Positions 8,338-18,326 of a stretch of 64,000 nucleotides of DNA are shown one piece after another. The position numbers and the translations under genes are program-made. The number at the start of each line of letters is the position of its first letter. Position 1 is the first letter of the stretch. The stretch is from an uncultured delta proteobacterium (lineage in GTDB: Bacteria > Desulfobacterota > Syntrophorhabdia > Syntrophorhabdales > WCHB1-27), in assembly GCA_963810935.1 (NCBI GenBank), contig CAWEPK010000008.1, forward strand, positions 352,001 to 416,000, read 5' to 3'. Below the pieces are notes generated by a model that was not told the origin of the DNA, searched no databases, and saw nothing but the letters and a program-made list of their open reading frames with translations.

Positions 8338-10630
8338 CTATTCTCCTGTTCTCTGCTTTCACGATCCGCAGGAAATCGCCGGAAAGCCACAGATCCTTGA
8401 TGCGCGCCCCGGCGACAGACCGGTAAAACGCCTTTTCGGGTCCGTCTTTCAGCCCTATCACCTGTTCGTCGAGGCCCTTTTTTCCGACGAGTAGATACCC
8501 GCAATCGGCAAGGCCGTTCATGGGGCCGCTTATTGCCTCCATGACCCTCATGCCGGCCGGCAGCCGGGCGTTTATGCGCTCCGCGAAGCCGGCGTCCGTC
8601 TCCACGCCCTGCGCCCCTTCGGCCTCCATCTCGATCATCTCGCAGGTCGATTCAATGCCGACCGGTAAGGCCGCAGACAGGGAGACACGCGGCTTGGGAT
8701 GGTATTTTCCGTGCATCCTCATACGTATGCCTGCCGAGCGGATAGCCCTCAAAAGTATATCGACGGTGTCCAGGTGGCCGATATACCGCGCCTCGCCGCG
8801 CTTGGCGTACCTGATCGTGACCGTCCTGAAGGCAGGCAACCCGGCGGCCGGGCCGTCTTCCTGCGCAGCTCCTGGCACTGACGCCGCCACGGGTGCAGGA
8901 GCACTCGGGCGGACTTCGGGAATGGAACCGGCCCTCCCGCTTGCACAGCCGATGCCGCAGCCTGCGCACGAAGAATAGCAGCCTGCCGTCTTGCGCCCGG
9001 CCTCGGCAGCGTCCATCTCGGCAAGCAGGAAAGATTTATCGACCCCTGTGGAAATGAAATCCCACGGAAGCCCCTGGTCGGTCTTCCTGGCCCCCAGCAG
9101 GGACGCCTCAAGGCCGTCGCCGGCTGCCAGCCACCCTTCATAAAGGGACGGATTGAAGAACTCCGTCCATGCCTCCAGGCGTACGCCCTTTGCGTGAAGC
9201 TCCTCGAAAAGAGGGGCAAGGCGTTCGTCGCCGCGCGAGATAAGCGCCTCTACCCGCGCCGTCTTCGCGTCCCTGATCGTTATCTTGACGCCCCTGCCGG
9301 CTGCCGCCCTCCTTACTATCTGCGCTTTTTCGCGCAGGGCCTCCTCCGTCTCCATCGTAAGCCATTGGAAGGGCGTGTGCGGCTTGGGCGTAAAGGGCGA
9401 GACGGACAGGTTGACCTCCATGCCGCACTTTACGAAGGGCCTGATAAGGTCGCGCACGGCCAGAAGATCCTCTTCGGCCTCCCAGGGGAAACCGATCATG
9501 AAATAGAGCTTGACCTTCCTCCATCCGAGCCGCCGCAAAAGCGGGAGGCGGGACATCAGCATGTCCGTGTCTATGTCCTTGTTGAGTCTGTCCCGCAGCC
9601 CCACTGTCGACGCTTCGAGGGCGAAGGTGAACCCGCCCCTCGCGCCCTTCGCCAGAAGCTCGATTTCTTCCTCCGCGATGCTGCCTATTTTCAAGGAAGG
9701 AAGCGAGACGGAGACTTTGGGGTGGTTGCTCCTTATATATTCGATCAGGGCGGGGAGCGCGCTGTAGTCGCCCGTGCTTAAGGAAAGCAGGCCGATCTCC
9801 TCGAAGCCCGTCCCAGCGAGCCCCTCTTCTATGATCTCCCCTAACCTGCCCAGCTCTCTCTCCCTGTACGGCCTGTACCCGAACCCTGCGACGCAAAACC
9901 TGCACCCGTTCCCGCAGCCCCGCGATATCTCAATGTTGAGCCGGTTGTGGACGCTACCGACAATAGGGATGGGCGGCCTGACCGGGTGATAAGAGGCGTT
10001 CAGGTCCTCGATATAGAGCCTTTTTACGGGCCGCCTGGCAAGGGGGGAGTAGACGCCGTCCAGCCGGGCGATTTCTGCGACCAGCCGGTCTCTTGGCGAC
10101 CCACGCATGGCCCTGACCGTCCTGACGATCTCAGGAAGCACTTCCTCTGCCTCGCCGACAACGATCAAGTCGAAGAACCGCTCGAAAGGCGCAGGGTTGA
10201 GCATGAGGGGGCCGCCGCCGATGATAAGCGGACCGGTTGCGCGGTCTTCGGCCCTGATCGGTATGCCCGCCAGTGACAGCATATTGAGAAGGTTCGTCAC
10301 GTTTAGCTCGTACGTCATGGAAAACCCTACGATATCCATCCGTGACAAGGGCGTCCGGGATTCGAGCGTGGAAAGCGGCTCGCCCCTCTGCCGCAAGTAC
10401 TCTTCCATATCGCGCCAGGGCGCAAAGCAACGCTCGCACCAGACCCCTTCAAGGTTGTTGAGAAGCTCGTAAAGCAGAAAAAAACCGAGGTAGGACATGC
10501 CGATCTCGTACATGTCGGGGTAGCAAAGGGCAAACCGCACGTCCACGTCACGCAAGTCCTTGACGGACCTGTTGGGCTCGATGCCCAGGTACCGCGCGGG
10601 ACGCTCAATAGTTTTCGGAAAAACCAGCAT
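8300..10630 (-). CDS. B12-binding radical SAM protein fused to a DUF2344 (radical SAM-linked) domain
   Basis: YPDMYEIGMS, RGCGNGCRFC, C-terminal YIGHLD...HPKPRVS..ALPVG; family usually precedes rng. Confidence 0.88.
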   Translation of the reverse strand: MLVFPKTIERPARYLGIEPNRSVKDLRDVDVRFALCYPDMYEIGMSYLGFFLLYELLNNLEGVWCERCFAPWRDMEEYLRQRGEPLSTLESRTPLSRMDIVGFSMTYELNVTNLLNMLSLAGIPIRAEDRATGPLIIGGGPLMLNPAPFERFFDLIVVGEAEEVLPEIVRTVRAMRGSPRDRLVAEIARLDGVYSPLARRPVKRLYIEDLNASYHPVRPPIPIVGSVHNRLNIEISRGCGNGCRFCVAGFGYRPYRERELGRLGEIIEEGLAGTGFEEIGLLSLSTGDYSALPALIEYIRSNHPKVSVSLPSLKIGSIAEEEIELLAKGARGGFTFALEASTVGLRDRLNKDIDTDMLMSRLPLLRRLGWRKVKLYFMIGFPWEAEEDLLAVRDLIRPFVKCGMEVNLSVSPFTPKPHTPFQWLTMETEEALREKAQIVRRAAAGRGVKITIRDAKTARVEALISRGDERLAPLFEELHAKGVRLEAWTEFFNPSLYEGWLAAGDGLEASLLGARKTDQGLPWDFISTGVDKSFLLAEMDAAEAGRKTAGCYSSCAGCGIGCASGRAGSIPEVRPSAPAPVAASVPGAAQEDGPAAGLPAFRTVTIRYAKRGEARYIGHLDTVDILLRAIRSAGIRMRMHGKYHPKPRVSLSAALPVGIESTCEMIEMEAEGAQGVETDAGFAERINARLPAGMRVMEAISGPMNGLADCGYLLVGKKGLDEQVIGLKDGPEKAFYRSVAGARIKDLWLSGDFLRIVKAENRRIDGIRAYNKFDLQ

Positions 10631-10705
10631 ACAAACCTCGCTAAGCCTCTCTGTTCATTATTATACATGATCGGGGGGGATTCGTGAAGCTTCGGCCCTG
10701 CATTA

Positions 10706-10838
10706 AGGGGGGCCGGGTTAGTTTCGTGTCCTTCCCGCCATTTTTCTAGGCGCGGCTCCTCACATACACAAAAAGTATGCTGCGTCGCGTGCCGTCGAAA
10801 AACGACAGGAAATCCATCGGAATTTCCTCCGGCCCCTT
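10706..10838. repeat. ~130-bp imperfect palindrome (MITE/REP-like)
   Basis: Nested arms ggggccgg/ccggcccc, ttttt/aaaaa, ggcgc/gtgcc, catac-acaaaaa-gtatg. Confidence 0.5.
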
Positions 10839-11120
10839 CAAGCGGTTATCGGGCACCGTTCGGGGTTGCTAGCGCCTATCTTATATCCCCCCGGCGCTTG
10901 CTTGTTTCTTGAAATGGAGGGGCTGGATGTTTTTCTTGCCATACAGCACTAGCCGTGGTACTCATTATCAGAGCGGCAGAAGCAGAGAGGACGAACGGAA
11001 GTATTTATTTCCGACGGTTACGATATTTACGGTCGTCCCCCTCACCCTGATCAGGTCAATGGTTCAGGAAGTGAAAGGAGTGAAGAACGTCCGTCAGGCT
11101 CTCCCTAAGGAGAACTTCTC

Positions 11121-13199
11121 ATGAAAATAAAGAAAGTGCATCTAAGGAATTTTCGTAGGCTGGAGGATGTCGAGATTGACTTTGAAAATGAAGAAACTGT
11201 TTTCGTCGGGCCGAATAATAGTGGAAAAACTTCAGCCACTACAGCTTTTCGCCTTTTCTTAATTCGCCAGGAATTTAAAATCTACGACTTTTCCGTCTCA
11301 AAAATTGCAGCCATAAACGCCTTTGGCGCAATGGAAGATGTGGATGAAGGGAGTCTCCCATCAATTGAAATGGATCTTTGGTTTTCAATAAACCCGGACA
11401 TCGAATTTGGGCGGGTCTTTTCTCTTATACCAAATGTCTCGACCAACCTTGAAGAAGTTGGTGTTCGGCTGAAATACTGTGTCAAGGATGCAAGAAAGCT
11501 GAAGTTTGAGTATCTCTCTGCTTTTCCACCCTTGGAAGGTGCAGGGCCGCAGAAGACTCTTTCACACTACCTATCACTTCAAGGGAACTTAAATCGTCAT
11601 TTTGCCCTTGGTTATTCTGCCATAGAGAATACCGAGACTGGGCCGGTAACGCACCCTCTTGATCCTGACGAAGGAAAACGAGTTCTTCTATCCTTGATCC
11701 GCGTCGACTTTGTTGACGCGCAGAGAAACATTGATGACTATGAAGTCGGACGTAGTAACCGTTTATCCACCGCTTTTGCGGCGTTCTACAGGAAGAATCT
11801 TCAACAGGCAGAGATAAGCGAAGCAGCGAACCGCGTAATAGACGAAAACAACGAAAACCTTAATCGACACTACGACGCACACTTCAGGGGCTTAATGGAG
11901 GTCATTCGTAACCTTGGCGTGCCATCTATTAACGACAGACAGATGAGGATCGTGTCATCTTTGAGCCCAGAGGCGGCGCTGCAGGGCAACACATCTCTTC
12001 TCTACATAGACCAAACGCTTAATCATGAACTTCCTGAAGCTTATAACGGCCTTGGGTTCAAGAACCTCGTTTACATGGCAATACAAATCAGCCACTTTCA
12101 CCTGCAATGGATGAATACAGAAGCAAAGCGTCCTCTTTGCCAAATCATCTTTATCGAAGAACCAGAAGTGCACCTGCACGCTCAGGTTCAACAAACATTT
12201 GTTTCGAACATTTGGGGGATTATCCGGAAGGCATCTGAAGAAGCCGGCGAAATCAATATGGTGCCTCAACTTTGCATCACTACGCATTCATCACACATCA
12301 TAGATGCGATTGAGTTCAGAAAGGTTCGTTATTTTCGACGTTGCACATTGAACGGAGAAGACCCCGATACAGCCGTTATTTTTAATGCATCAAAGGTTCT
12401 TAGCTTACGGGACTTCAAGCCCCACAAATCTTCTGCAGATGGTGCTGTTGAGGACGAGAAGGAAACTCTAGATTTTCTTAAACGTTATCTTAAGTTAACC
12501 CACTGCGATCTATTCTTTGCGGACGCGGCAGTACTGGTCGAGGGTACCGTGGAGAAACTCCTTCTACCACAGATGATTGACAAATCTGCACGAGGCCTAA
12601 AACGCAACTACCTGACAGTACTGGAGGTGGGTGGGGCTTATGCGCACCGTTTTGCGAGCCTCTTAGAGTTTTTAGGTATTCCTTATCTCGTTGTAACGGA
12701 CCTGGATTCAGTTGATCCATTAAACAAGCGAAAAGTTTGCAGGGCTGACATGGAAGGAGCGGTAACTTCAAACGCATCCCTTAGATTCTTCCTAAACAAA
12801 TCCAAGGTGAGTGAACTATCAAACCTGAAAGCGGAGGAGCAAGTCCTGGCAGATGATAGCTGCTTCGTTGTATTCCAAAAACCAACTCCCGTCGCGGGGC
12901 ACAACCCTGATACACCAATGCTAGGACGTACGTTCGAGGAAACGTTTACATATCAGAACATGCAGATCTTCCGTGACAACAAAATCGATTTGGGAACTGA
13001 CCTTCCTGCCGATCAGGATTTTGAAAAAGAGTATACGGCCGTCTTTGAAGCAACGAAATCCTCGTCATTCAAGAAGGCTGAGTTCGCGCTTGATATAGCT
13101 TCATTAACAACGGACTGGGTGACACCTCAGTATATTTCTGACGGGTTGCGTTGGCTTGAAGACAAGACGTGCGCAAGAACAGACGCGGAGACTATCTGA
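11121..13199 (+). CDS. gajA: OLD-family ABC ATPase + TOPRIM nuclease (Gabija GajA-like)
   Basis: NFRRL, GPNNSGKTS Walker A, IEEPEVHLH, TTHSSHI, LFFAD..VLVEG, TDLD TOPRIM motif; AT-richer than flanks. Confidence 0.88.
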   Translation: MKIKKVHLRNFRRLEDVEIDFENEETVFVGPNNSGKTSATTAFRLFLIRQEFKIYDFSVSKIAAINAFGAMEDVDEGSLPSIEMDLWFSINPDIEFGRVFSLIPNVSTNLEEVGVRLKYCVKDARKLKFEYLSAFPPLEGAGPQKTLSHYLSLQGNLNRHFALGYSAIENTETGPVTHPLDPDEGKRVLLSLIRVDFVDAQRNIDDYEVGRSNRLSTAFAAFYRKNLQQAEISEAANRVIDENNENLNRHYDAHFRGLMEVIRNLGVPSINDRQMRIVSSLSPEAALQGNTSLLYIDQTLNHELPEAYNGLGFKNLVYMAIQISHFHLQWMNTEAKRPLCQIIFIEEPEVHLHAQVQQTFVSNIWGIIRKASEEAGEINMVPQLCITTHSSHIIDAIEFRKVRYFRRCTLNGEDPDTAVIFNASKVLSLRDFKPHKSSADGAVEDEKETLDFLKRYLKLTHCDLFFADAAVLVEGTVEKLLLPQMIDKSARGLKRNYLTVLEVGGAYAHRFASLLEFLGIPYLVVTDLDSVDPLNKRKVCRADMEGAVTSNASLRFFLNKSKVSELSNLKAEEQVLADDSCFVVFQKPTPVAGHNPDTPMLGRTFEETFTYQNMQIFRDNKIDLGTDLPADQDFEKEYTAVFEATKSSSFKKAEFALDIASLTTDWVTPQYISDGLRWLEDKTCARTDAETI

Positions 13200-15049
13200 T
13201 GGGTGTCAAGATGCAAGGGCTACGGGAAACAAAGGCCGACAAGGATATCATGATTTGTCTGGACGAGCGGCAGAATTTTTCAATGATTGCTGGAGCAGGC
13301 TCGGGAAAAACCACTTCTTTGATAAACGCGCTTAAGCACCTAAGAGAAACAGATGGTTCGCGCCTTCGTCGTGACGACAAAATGATTGCCTGCATTACAT
13401 ATACCAACCGAGCAGTGGAAGTTATTTCCGACCGCTTGGATTGGGACGAATTGTTTTGTGTCTCGACGCTCCACAGCTTCCTATGGGGAGAAGTGAAAAA
13501 GTTTACACCAAATATTCGAGACGCTCTCCGTCAATGTGTAATACCAGGGCATATTGCGAAGAAACAACAGGATGACAACGGTGGTCAAAGTAAAAAGGCC
13601 GTTGCTGCCAGAGAAAGGATCGCATCATTACAGAACGATCTGGATAGATTGGATGCCGTGAACCGGTTTGAGTATAACGACACAAATTTCAGTAACTACC
13701 CCCAAGGCCAGCTGAATCACGATGACGTTATTGATGTAGCTGCTTTCCTGCTATCAGAGAATGAAATTCTTCGCCGGATCGTTGGTCAGAAGTATCCATA
13801 TATCTTTGTCGATGAAGCGCAAGATACGTTTCAAAACGTGGTAGAGGCACTTAACAAGCTTTGCAGCAACGATGGATTGCCTATTGTCGGATACTTCGGC
13901 GACCCAATGCAGCAAATATACGATCAGCGCGCAGGTGACTTTGCTGGCCCCGCTAATTCCGTAAGGATCACAAAACAAGAGAATTTTCGATGCTCACGCA
14001 AAGTGATCGACTTGTTGAACGCATTTAGACAAGATATCCAGCAGTTTCCGGCAGGAACAAACGCTGATATTGAAGGGACCGTTCTTGTTAGGTTAGTAAG
14101 GGCTGAAGCACCTGAAGGCGAACGGAGACGATATACCGAGGATCAAATTACACGTGCATCCGGACGTTTTGAAGAAGCACTTAAAACCTGGGGCTGGGAC
14201 CAGCGTGCGGATATAAAGCATCTTTTCCTTGTTCGTCAAATGATTGCCCGGCGGCTCGGGTTTCCTGAACTACAAAAACTTTTCACGGGCCTGTTCTCTT
14301 CTACAACAGCCCAAGAAGATTACGAAAAAGGCGATCATTTTCTTTTGAAACCTTTTGTAAGTGTGATCTGCCCCCTAGTGCAGGCCCAAAAGGATGGGGA
14401 TCAACGTCGACTAATAGACATCCTAAGAAGGTCAAGCCCTGCATTCGATCCAAAGGGCGTTAACGCTGACCGAACTTTGGGGGAAATGATAAAGCAGTCA
14501 AATGAGATTACGCAAAAGCTTTCCGATCTGTGGGGCAAAGGCACATTAGGTGATATTCTAAAGTTTTGTCGCAAAAACAACTTGTGTAAGATTTCTGATG
14601 GACTATCAGAGCACTTGGATCGTCCCCAAAGAGCGGAGGAATATGACGCAGATCTATATTCGAGTGACAAAGGTGATTGGTTGGCAGACGTCTTCTTGAA
14701 GATGTTCACCAGCGAAATAGAACCTTTTGTTGAATTCATAAATGAAAATACGCCGTTGAGTACGCAACACGGCGTAAAGGGCGAACAATATGAGGATGTT
14801 CTCGTTGTATTCGACGATACCGAAGCCGCTTGGAATAATTACAGCTTCACTAAAACGCTGACGCCTAGAACGTCGGGTGACCCGACCGAGGGCCAGTACG
14901 GCAGGAGCAGAAAACTGGCTTATGTTTGCTTCTCTAGGGCTAAGGAGAATTTAAGGATTCTATTGTTTACCCCCAATCCTGAAGCAGCAAAGGAAGAGCT
15001 AATCTGCAACAAGCTGTTTGAAGAAGACCAGATTTCTATTGCAGGTTAA
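13199..15049 (+). CDS. gajB: UvrD-like SF1 helicase (Gabija GajB-like)
   Basis: AGAGSGKTT, ITYTNRA, STLHSF, DEAQD, GDPMQQIY, NFRC, TQHGVKGEQY, YVCFSRA; TGATG coupling to gajA. Confidence 0.88.
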   Translation: MGVKMQGLRETKADKDIMICLDERQNFSMIAGAGSGKTTSLINALKHLRETDGSRLRRDDKMIACITYTNRAVEVISDRLDWDELFCVSTLHSFLWGEVKKFTPNIRDALRQCVIPGHIAKKQQDDNGGQSKKAVAARERIASLQNDLDRLDAVNRFEYNDTNFSNYPQGQLNHDDVIDVAAFLLSENEILRRIVGQKYPYIFVDEAQDTFQNVVEALNKLCSNDGLPIVGYFGDPMQQIYDQRAGDFAGPANSVRITKQENFRCSRKVIDLLNAFRQDIQQFPAGTNADIEGTVLVRLVRAEAPEGERRRYTEDQITRASGRFEEALKTWGWDQRADIKHLFLVRQMIARRLGFPELQKLFTGLFSSTTAQEDYEKGDHFLLKPFVSVICPLVQAQKDGDQRRLIDILRRSSPAFDPKGVNADRTLGEMIKQSNEITQKLSDLWGKGTLGDILKFCRKNNLCKISDGLSEHLDRPQRAEEYDADLYSSDKGDWLADVFLKMFTSEIEPFVEFINENTPLSTQHGVKGEQYEDVLVVFDDTEAAWNNYSFTKTLTPRTSGDPTEGQYGRSRKLAYVCFSRAKENLRILLFTPNPEAAKEELICNKLFEEDQISIAG

Positions 15050-15469
15050 GAGCAACAGCTACGAATACATTTCCGGACGACTGAACGAACTAAGTTACTC
15101 CGGCCGACAGGCAAACATTGGGCCGATATCCGCTGAGGTTCTCGGCTAGGTTAATCCTGCTACATGCCGCTCGCTTTCAAACTATATCCTTGGCTTTAAT
15201 AGCCCTAATGGATTCACGGGTAGCAGGTGAAGTCCGTTTTTTTTACCTCGCAGCATATGGGCACCGACCCAAGCGTCATCCTAATCGGGCTATCGATAAT
15301 CCCCATAGGTAGTCGCCTACCCCGTCCCCGCTTCGCCGTCTCTCCCCCCTCCCCCTGACATTTTTGTCTCTCAAATAGCTGCCGGGTTCGACACTTTTGT
15401 GCACATTATGGCGGCGCGTCTGCGCCTGATATGTCTGTATGTCTCCGGTCCGGCAGGGCTTTTCGAGCC

Positions 15470-15485
15470 GGGCACGCATGTTGCT
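15470..15485 (+). promoter_or_regulatory. Putative sigma54 -24/-12 promoter
   Basis: GGGCAC-GCATG-TTGCT about 80 nt upstream of ATG 15565. Confidence 0.6.
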
Positions 15486-15564
15486 TTATTTGAGACGTGA
15501 AACGGACGGTATACAAAGCCGTCTGGCGACTATGAAGGGCAACGGCGTAGAAGGAGGTATTTAG

Positions 15565-16248
15565 ATGCGAAATGTTTTGGCAGTTTTTTTGATTACCGTG
15601 TTGTTTGCGGGCACGGCATCGGCGGCGGGGATGTTCGGGCCGCCTGAGCCTTTGGCGGACCCGGGCAAGTTCTCGCTCGACGCGGGCTATATGCTCGACA
15701 AAACCAAAATGAAGCAGGGCGACGACCGGATAGGAACGCGGTCGAATGAGTATTACCTTCAGGGGAATTACTCCTTTCTGAAGGATTGGGAGGTTTACGG
15801 CAGGCTCGGCGGGGCCGACATGGTGGCCCACAGCTACGACACCCAGCAGCGGTTCGGGGCAAGCCCGAACATATTCGGTTCGCTCGGCTTCAAAGGCGTG
15901 GCGTACCGCAACGGTAATTTCGCCTTCGGGCCTTTCGCCGAGGGTACGATGTACGGCAATTACAGCGGAGTGGCCCGGAACCAGTGGGAGACGGACGTAG
16001 GCGTCTCCGCCCAGTACAAGATAAAGGCGGTCACGATCTACGGCGGTCCCTTCGGTTACTGGCGGCAGGCTGACAGCCAGCTCGCGCTCAACCCGCCGAT
16101 ATCGCAGGATGACATGAAAGAGAGAAGCAACATAGGCGGCTTCCTGGGTATGCGGTTCCCCATCGTGCAGCAGAAAGTATTTTTGACGGCTGAGGCACAG
16201 ATGAGGGACAGGCCCGGCATAGGCGCGTCACTGAGCTACAAGTTTTAA
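15565..16248 (+). CDS. Outer-membrane beta-barrel protein
   Basis: Signal peptide, alternating beta strands, C-terminal SLSYKF; SD AAGGAGG. Confidence 0.8.
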   Translation: MRNVLAVFLITVLFAGTASAAGMFGPPEPLADPGKFSLDAGYMLDKTKMKQGDDRIGTRSNEYYLQGNYSFLKDWEVYGRLGGADMVAHSYDTQQRFGASPNIFGSLGFKGVAYRNGNFAFGPFAEGTMYGNYSGVARNQWETDVGVSAQYKIKAVTIYGGPFGYWRQADSQLALNPPISQDDMKERSNIGGFLGMRFPIVQQKVFLTAEAQMRDRPGIGASLSYKF

Positions 16249-16275
16249 CGTTGTTGACTTCATAGTCGCATAAGG

Positions 16276-16298
16276 GGGCCGCGATCTTTTCGCGGCCC
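16276..16298 (+). terminator. Hairpin after the OMP gene
   Basis: gggccgcga-tcttt-tcgcggccc. Confidence 0.55.
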
Positions 16299-16344
16299 TT
16301 GCTTACCTTGATAATATTCGGTCCCCTGTGCTATCTTAACCCTA

Positions 16345-16422
16345 CGGGGCGTGGCGCAGCATGGCTAGCGCGCTTGCCTTGGGAGCAAGAGGTCCGGGGT
16401 TCAAATCCCCGCGTCCCGACCA
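16345..16422 (+). tRNA. tRNA-Pro(TGG)
   Basis: Cloverleaf: CGGGGCG/CGTCCCG acceptor, CTTGC-CTTGGGA-GCAAG anticodon arm, GGTTCAAATCC, encoded CCA. Confidence 0.97.
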
Positions 16423-16478
16423 TAAGTCCGTCCGGCACCCGTATAAACTAAAACCGGCAAGAAGAAACGAGAAATCCT

Positions 16479-17657
16479 ATGAAGTCCCGCTCTATCCTTA
16501 CACTGTCCGCCGCCCACGCGATAACGGACATCAACCAGGGTGCAATCCCAGTCCTGCTGCCTTTCCTTATAAGCGCCTACGGGCTTACTTACGCGGGCGC
16601 GGCCGCCATCGTTTTCGCCACGAATATATCCTCTTCCCTGGTCCAGCCGCTCTTCGGCCATTTCGCCGACAGATACCCCAACCGGTGGCTTATGCCCGCC
16701 GGTATTCTTTTCGCAGGTCTCGGCCTGGCCCTTGCGGGCGCCGTCCCCACCTACCATCTGGTGCTGGCCGTCGTTGCCGTCAGCGGCATCGGCATCGCCG
16801 CCTTCCATCCCGAGGGCGCCCGTCTCGTAAACGATCTTTCGGGCGCCAGGAAGGCGACCGCCATGAGCCTCTTTGCCGTAGGCGGGCAGGTCGGCTTCGC
16901 CATAGGGCCCCTTATGACAACCTTCGTTGTCGCCTCTTTCGGCCTGACCGGCACGCTCCTTTTATCCGTCCTTCCGATCTGCGCTGCCATTGCCATCGCC
17001 GGCTCGCGCAGCTCCCTCTTCTCCGTTGAACAAACCGGGAAGACCGCCTCGAAGCCTGCACCCGGCACGGTCGATGCAGTCGATGCGTGGAAGCCTTTCA
17101 CCATCCTGACGGGGGCCGTTTTCTTCCGGTCATTCGCCTTTTACGGGCTGAATACCTTCCTCCCCCTTTACTTCATCGACGTCCTGCACAAATCGAAAAT
17201 GACGGGAGGCGCGGCCATGACGGTATTCCTGGCGGCAGGCGCTTGCGGCACGCTCGCCGGCGGGCGGCTGGGAGACAGGTACGGCTACCGCCCGGTGGCG
17301 CTCTTCGCCTTCTGCTGGGCCGCCGCCCTCTTGCCGGTATTCATTCTCATGAGCCAGGCGTGGGCCGCCATGCTTATCCTGATCCCTCTGGGCTTTGCCC
17401 ATTTTATGTCGATGAGCCCCCTCGTCGTCCTGGGCCAGAAGTTCCTGCCGACGCGCGTTGGCCTCGCCTCCGGCGTTACGCTGGGACTTTCCGTTTCCAT
17501 GGGAGGCATCGCTGCGCCTCTTGTCGGCCGCATTGCCGACGTCTACGGGATGCCCCAGGCCTTCATGGCCATGACACTCTTTCCCGTGATTGCCGGTTGC
17601 CTCGTCCTCGCAATGCCCGGCGCTCATCCGGCCACCCGCCCGTCCCTCGCGCAATAG
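16479..17657 (+). CDS. MFS transporter, Fsr (fosmidomycin resistance)-like
   Basis: SSLVQPLFG..ADR, AAFHPEG, G.LGDRYG; about 12 hydrophobic segments. Confidence 0.88.
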   Translation: MKSRSILTLSAAHAITDINQGAIPVLLPFLISAYGLTYAGAAAIVFATNISSSLVQPLFGHFADRYPNRWLMPAGILFAGLGLALAGAVPTYHLVLAVVAVSGIGIAAFHPEGARLVNDLSGARKATAMSLFAVGGQVGFAIGPLMTTFVVASFGLTGTLLLSVLPICAAIAIAGSRSSLFSVEQTGKTASKPAPGTVDAVDAWKPFTILTGAVFFRSFAFYGLNTFLPLYFIDVLHKSKMTGGAAMTVFLAAGACGTLAGGRLGDRYGYRPVALFAFCWAAALLPVFILMSQAWAAMLILIPLGFAHFMSMSPLVVLGQKFLPTRVGLASGVTLGLSVSMGGIAAPLVGRIADVYGMPQAFMAMTLFPVIAGCLVLAMPGAHPATRPSLAQ

Positions 17658-17700
17658 CCGCCCTCGGGCACGCTCATGGGCCGTCCACCCTGAATAAACT

Positions 17701-17826
17701 TGTCGCTTCTGAAGTCTCATTTTCGACATTAATGTCGACCAACGTCGCAGCCAAAGGACAGCCAGCAGACTATTCATAACAATTACAGTAACTTATTAAG
17801 ATCGCCGATATGGCATTTTCTATGCA
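17701..17826 (+). promoter_or_regulatory. Putative sigma54 promoter with upstream activator-like palindrome
   Basis: TGGCAT-TTTCT-ATGCA at 17811-17826; perfect palindrome TCGACATTAATGTCGA at 17723-17738; AT-rich spacer between them. Confidence 0.6.
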
Positions 17827-17882
17827 GTAACGGATATTGGCCGGTGCAGGGACCGGGATAGAAGGCTCAAAGGAGGCGCAAC

Positions 17883-18203
17883 ATGAGGTTATCGGCAATG
17901 GCAGTAATCGCAGGCATCATCGTCGCAGCGTCGGTATTGCCGCAGGCGGCATCGGCCGCACCTGTTTCCATCGGGGTCGGAATAGGCGTGCCGGGACCCA
18001 TGGTAGGCTACCCTCCACCCGCGTACTACGCGCCCGGCTACTACTATCCGCCTACCGTATACGGGCCGGGGGTTGTCGTAGCTCCGGGATACGGCTGGTA
18101 CGGCCGGGGACGCGGGTATTACGGCGGCCCGTACTATCGCGGATATCGCGGCTATGCCGGCTATGGCGGCTATCACGGCTATTATCACGGCCGCAGGCGG
18201 TAG
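17883..18203 (+). CDS. Small secreted Gly/Tyr/Pro-rich protein
   Basis: Signal peptide, VSIGVGIGVP, GY/YY repeats; SD AAGGAGG. Confidence 0.8.
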   Translation: MRLSAMAVIAGIIVAASVLPQAASAAPVSIGVGIGVPGPMVGYPPPAYYAPGYYYPPTVYGPGVVVAPGYGWYGRGRGYYGGPYYRGYRGYAGYGGYHGYYHGRRR

Positions 18204-18326
18204 CGTAACCCGCTTGAGACGGCGCCCGCAAAAGGGTATACTGTCGGCCACACGGACCGCAAAAAAGCGAGATGGTACGCGAGCTTACGACATAAAACCG
18301 GGCGGTCCGGGAGAGGAGAAACAGGC

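Noticed and set aside
16345..16422. tRNA-Pro as the attachment site of the Gabija island
   Set aside because: No duplicated tRNA end found, and a host-like OMP gene lies between them.
16361..17029. 222-aa ORF
   Set aside because: Begins inside tRNA-Pro and overlaps the MFS gene out of frame.
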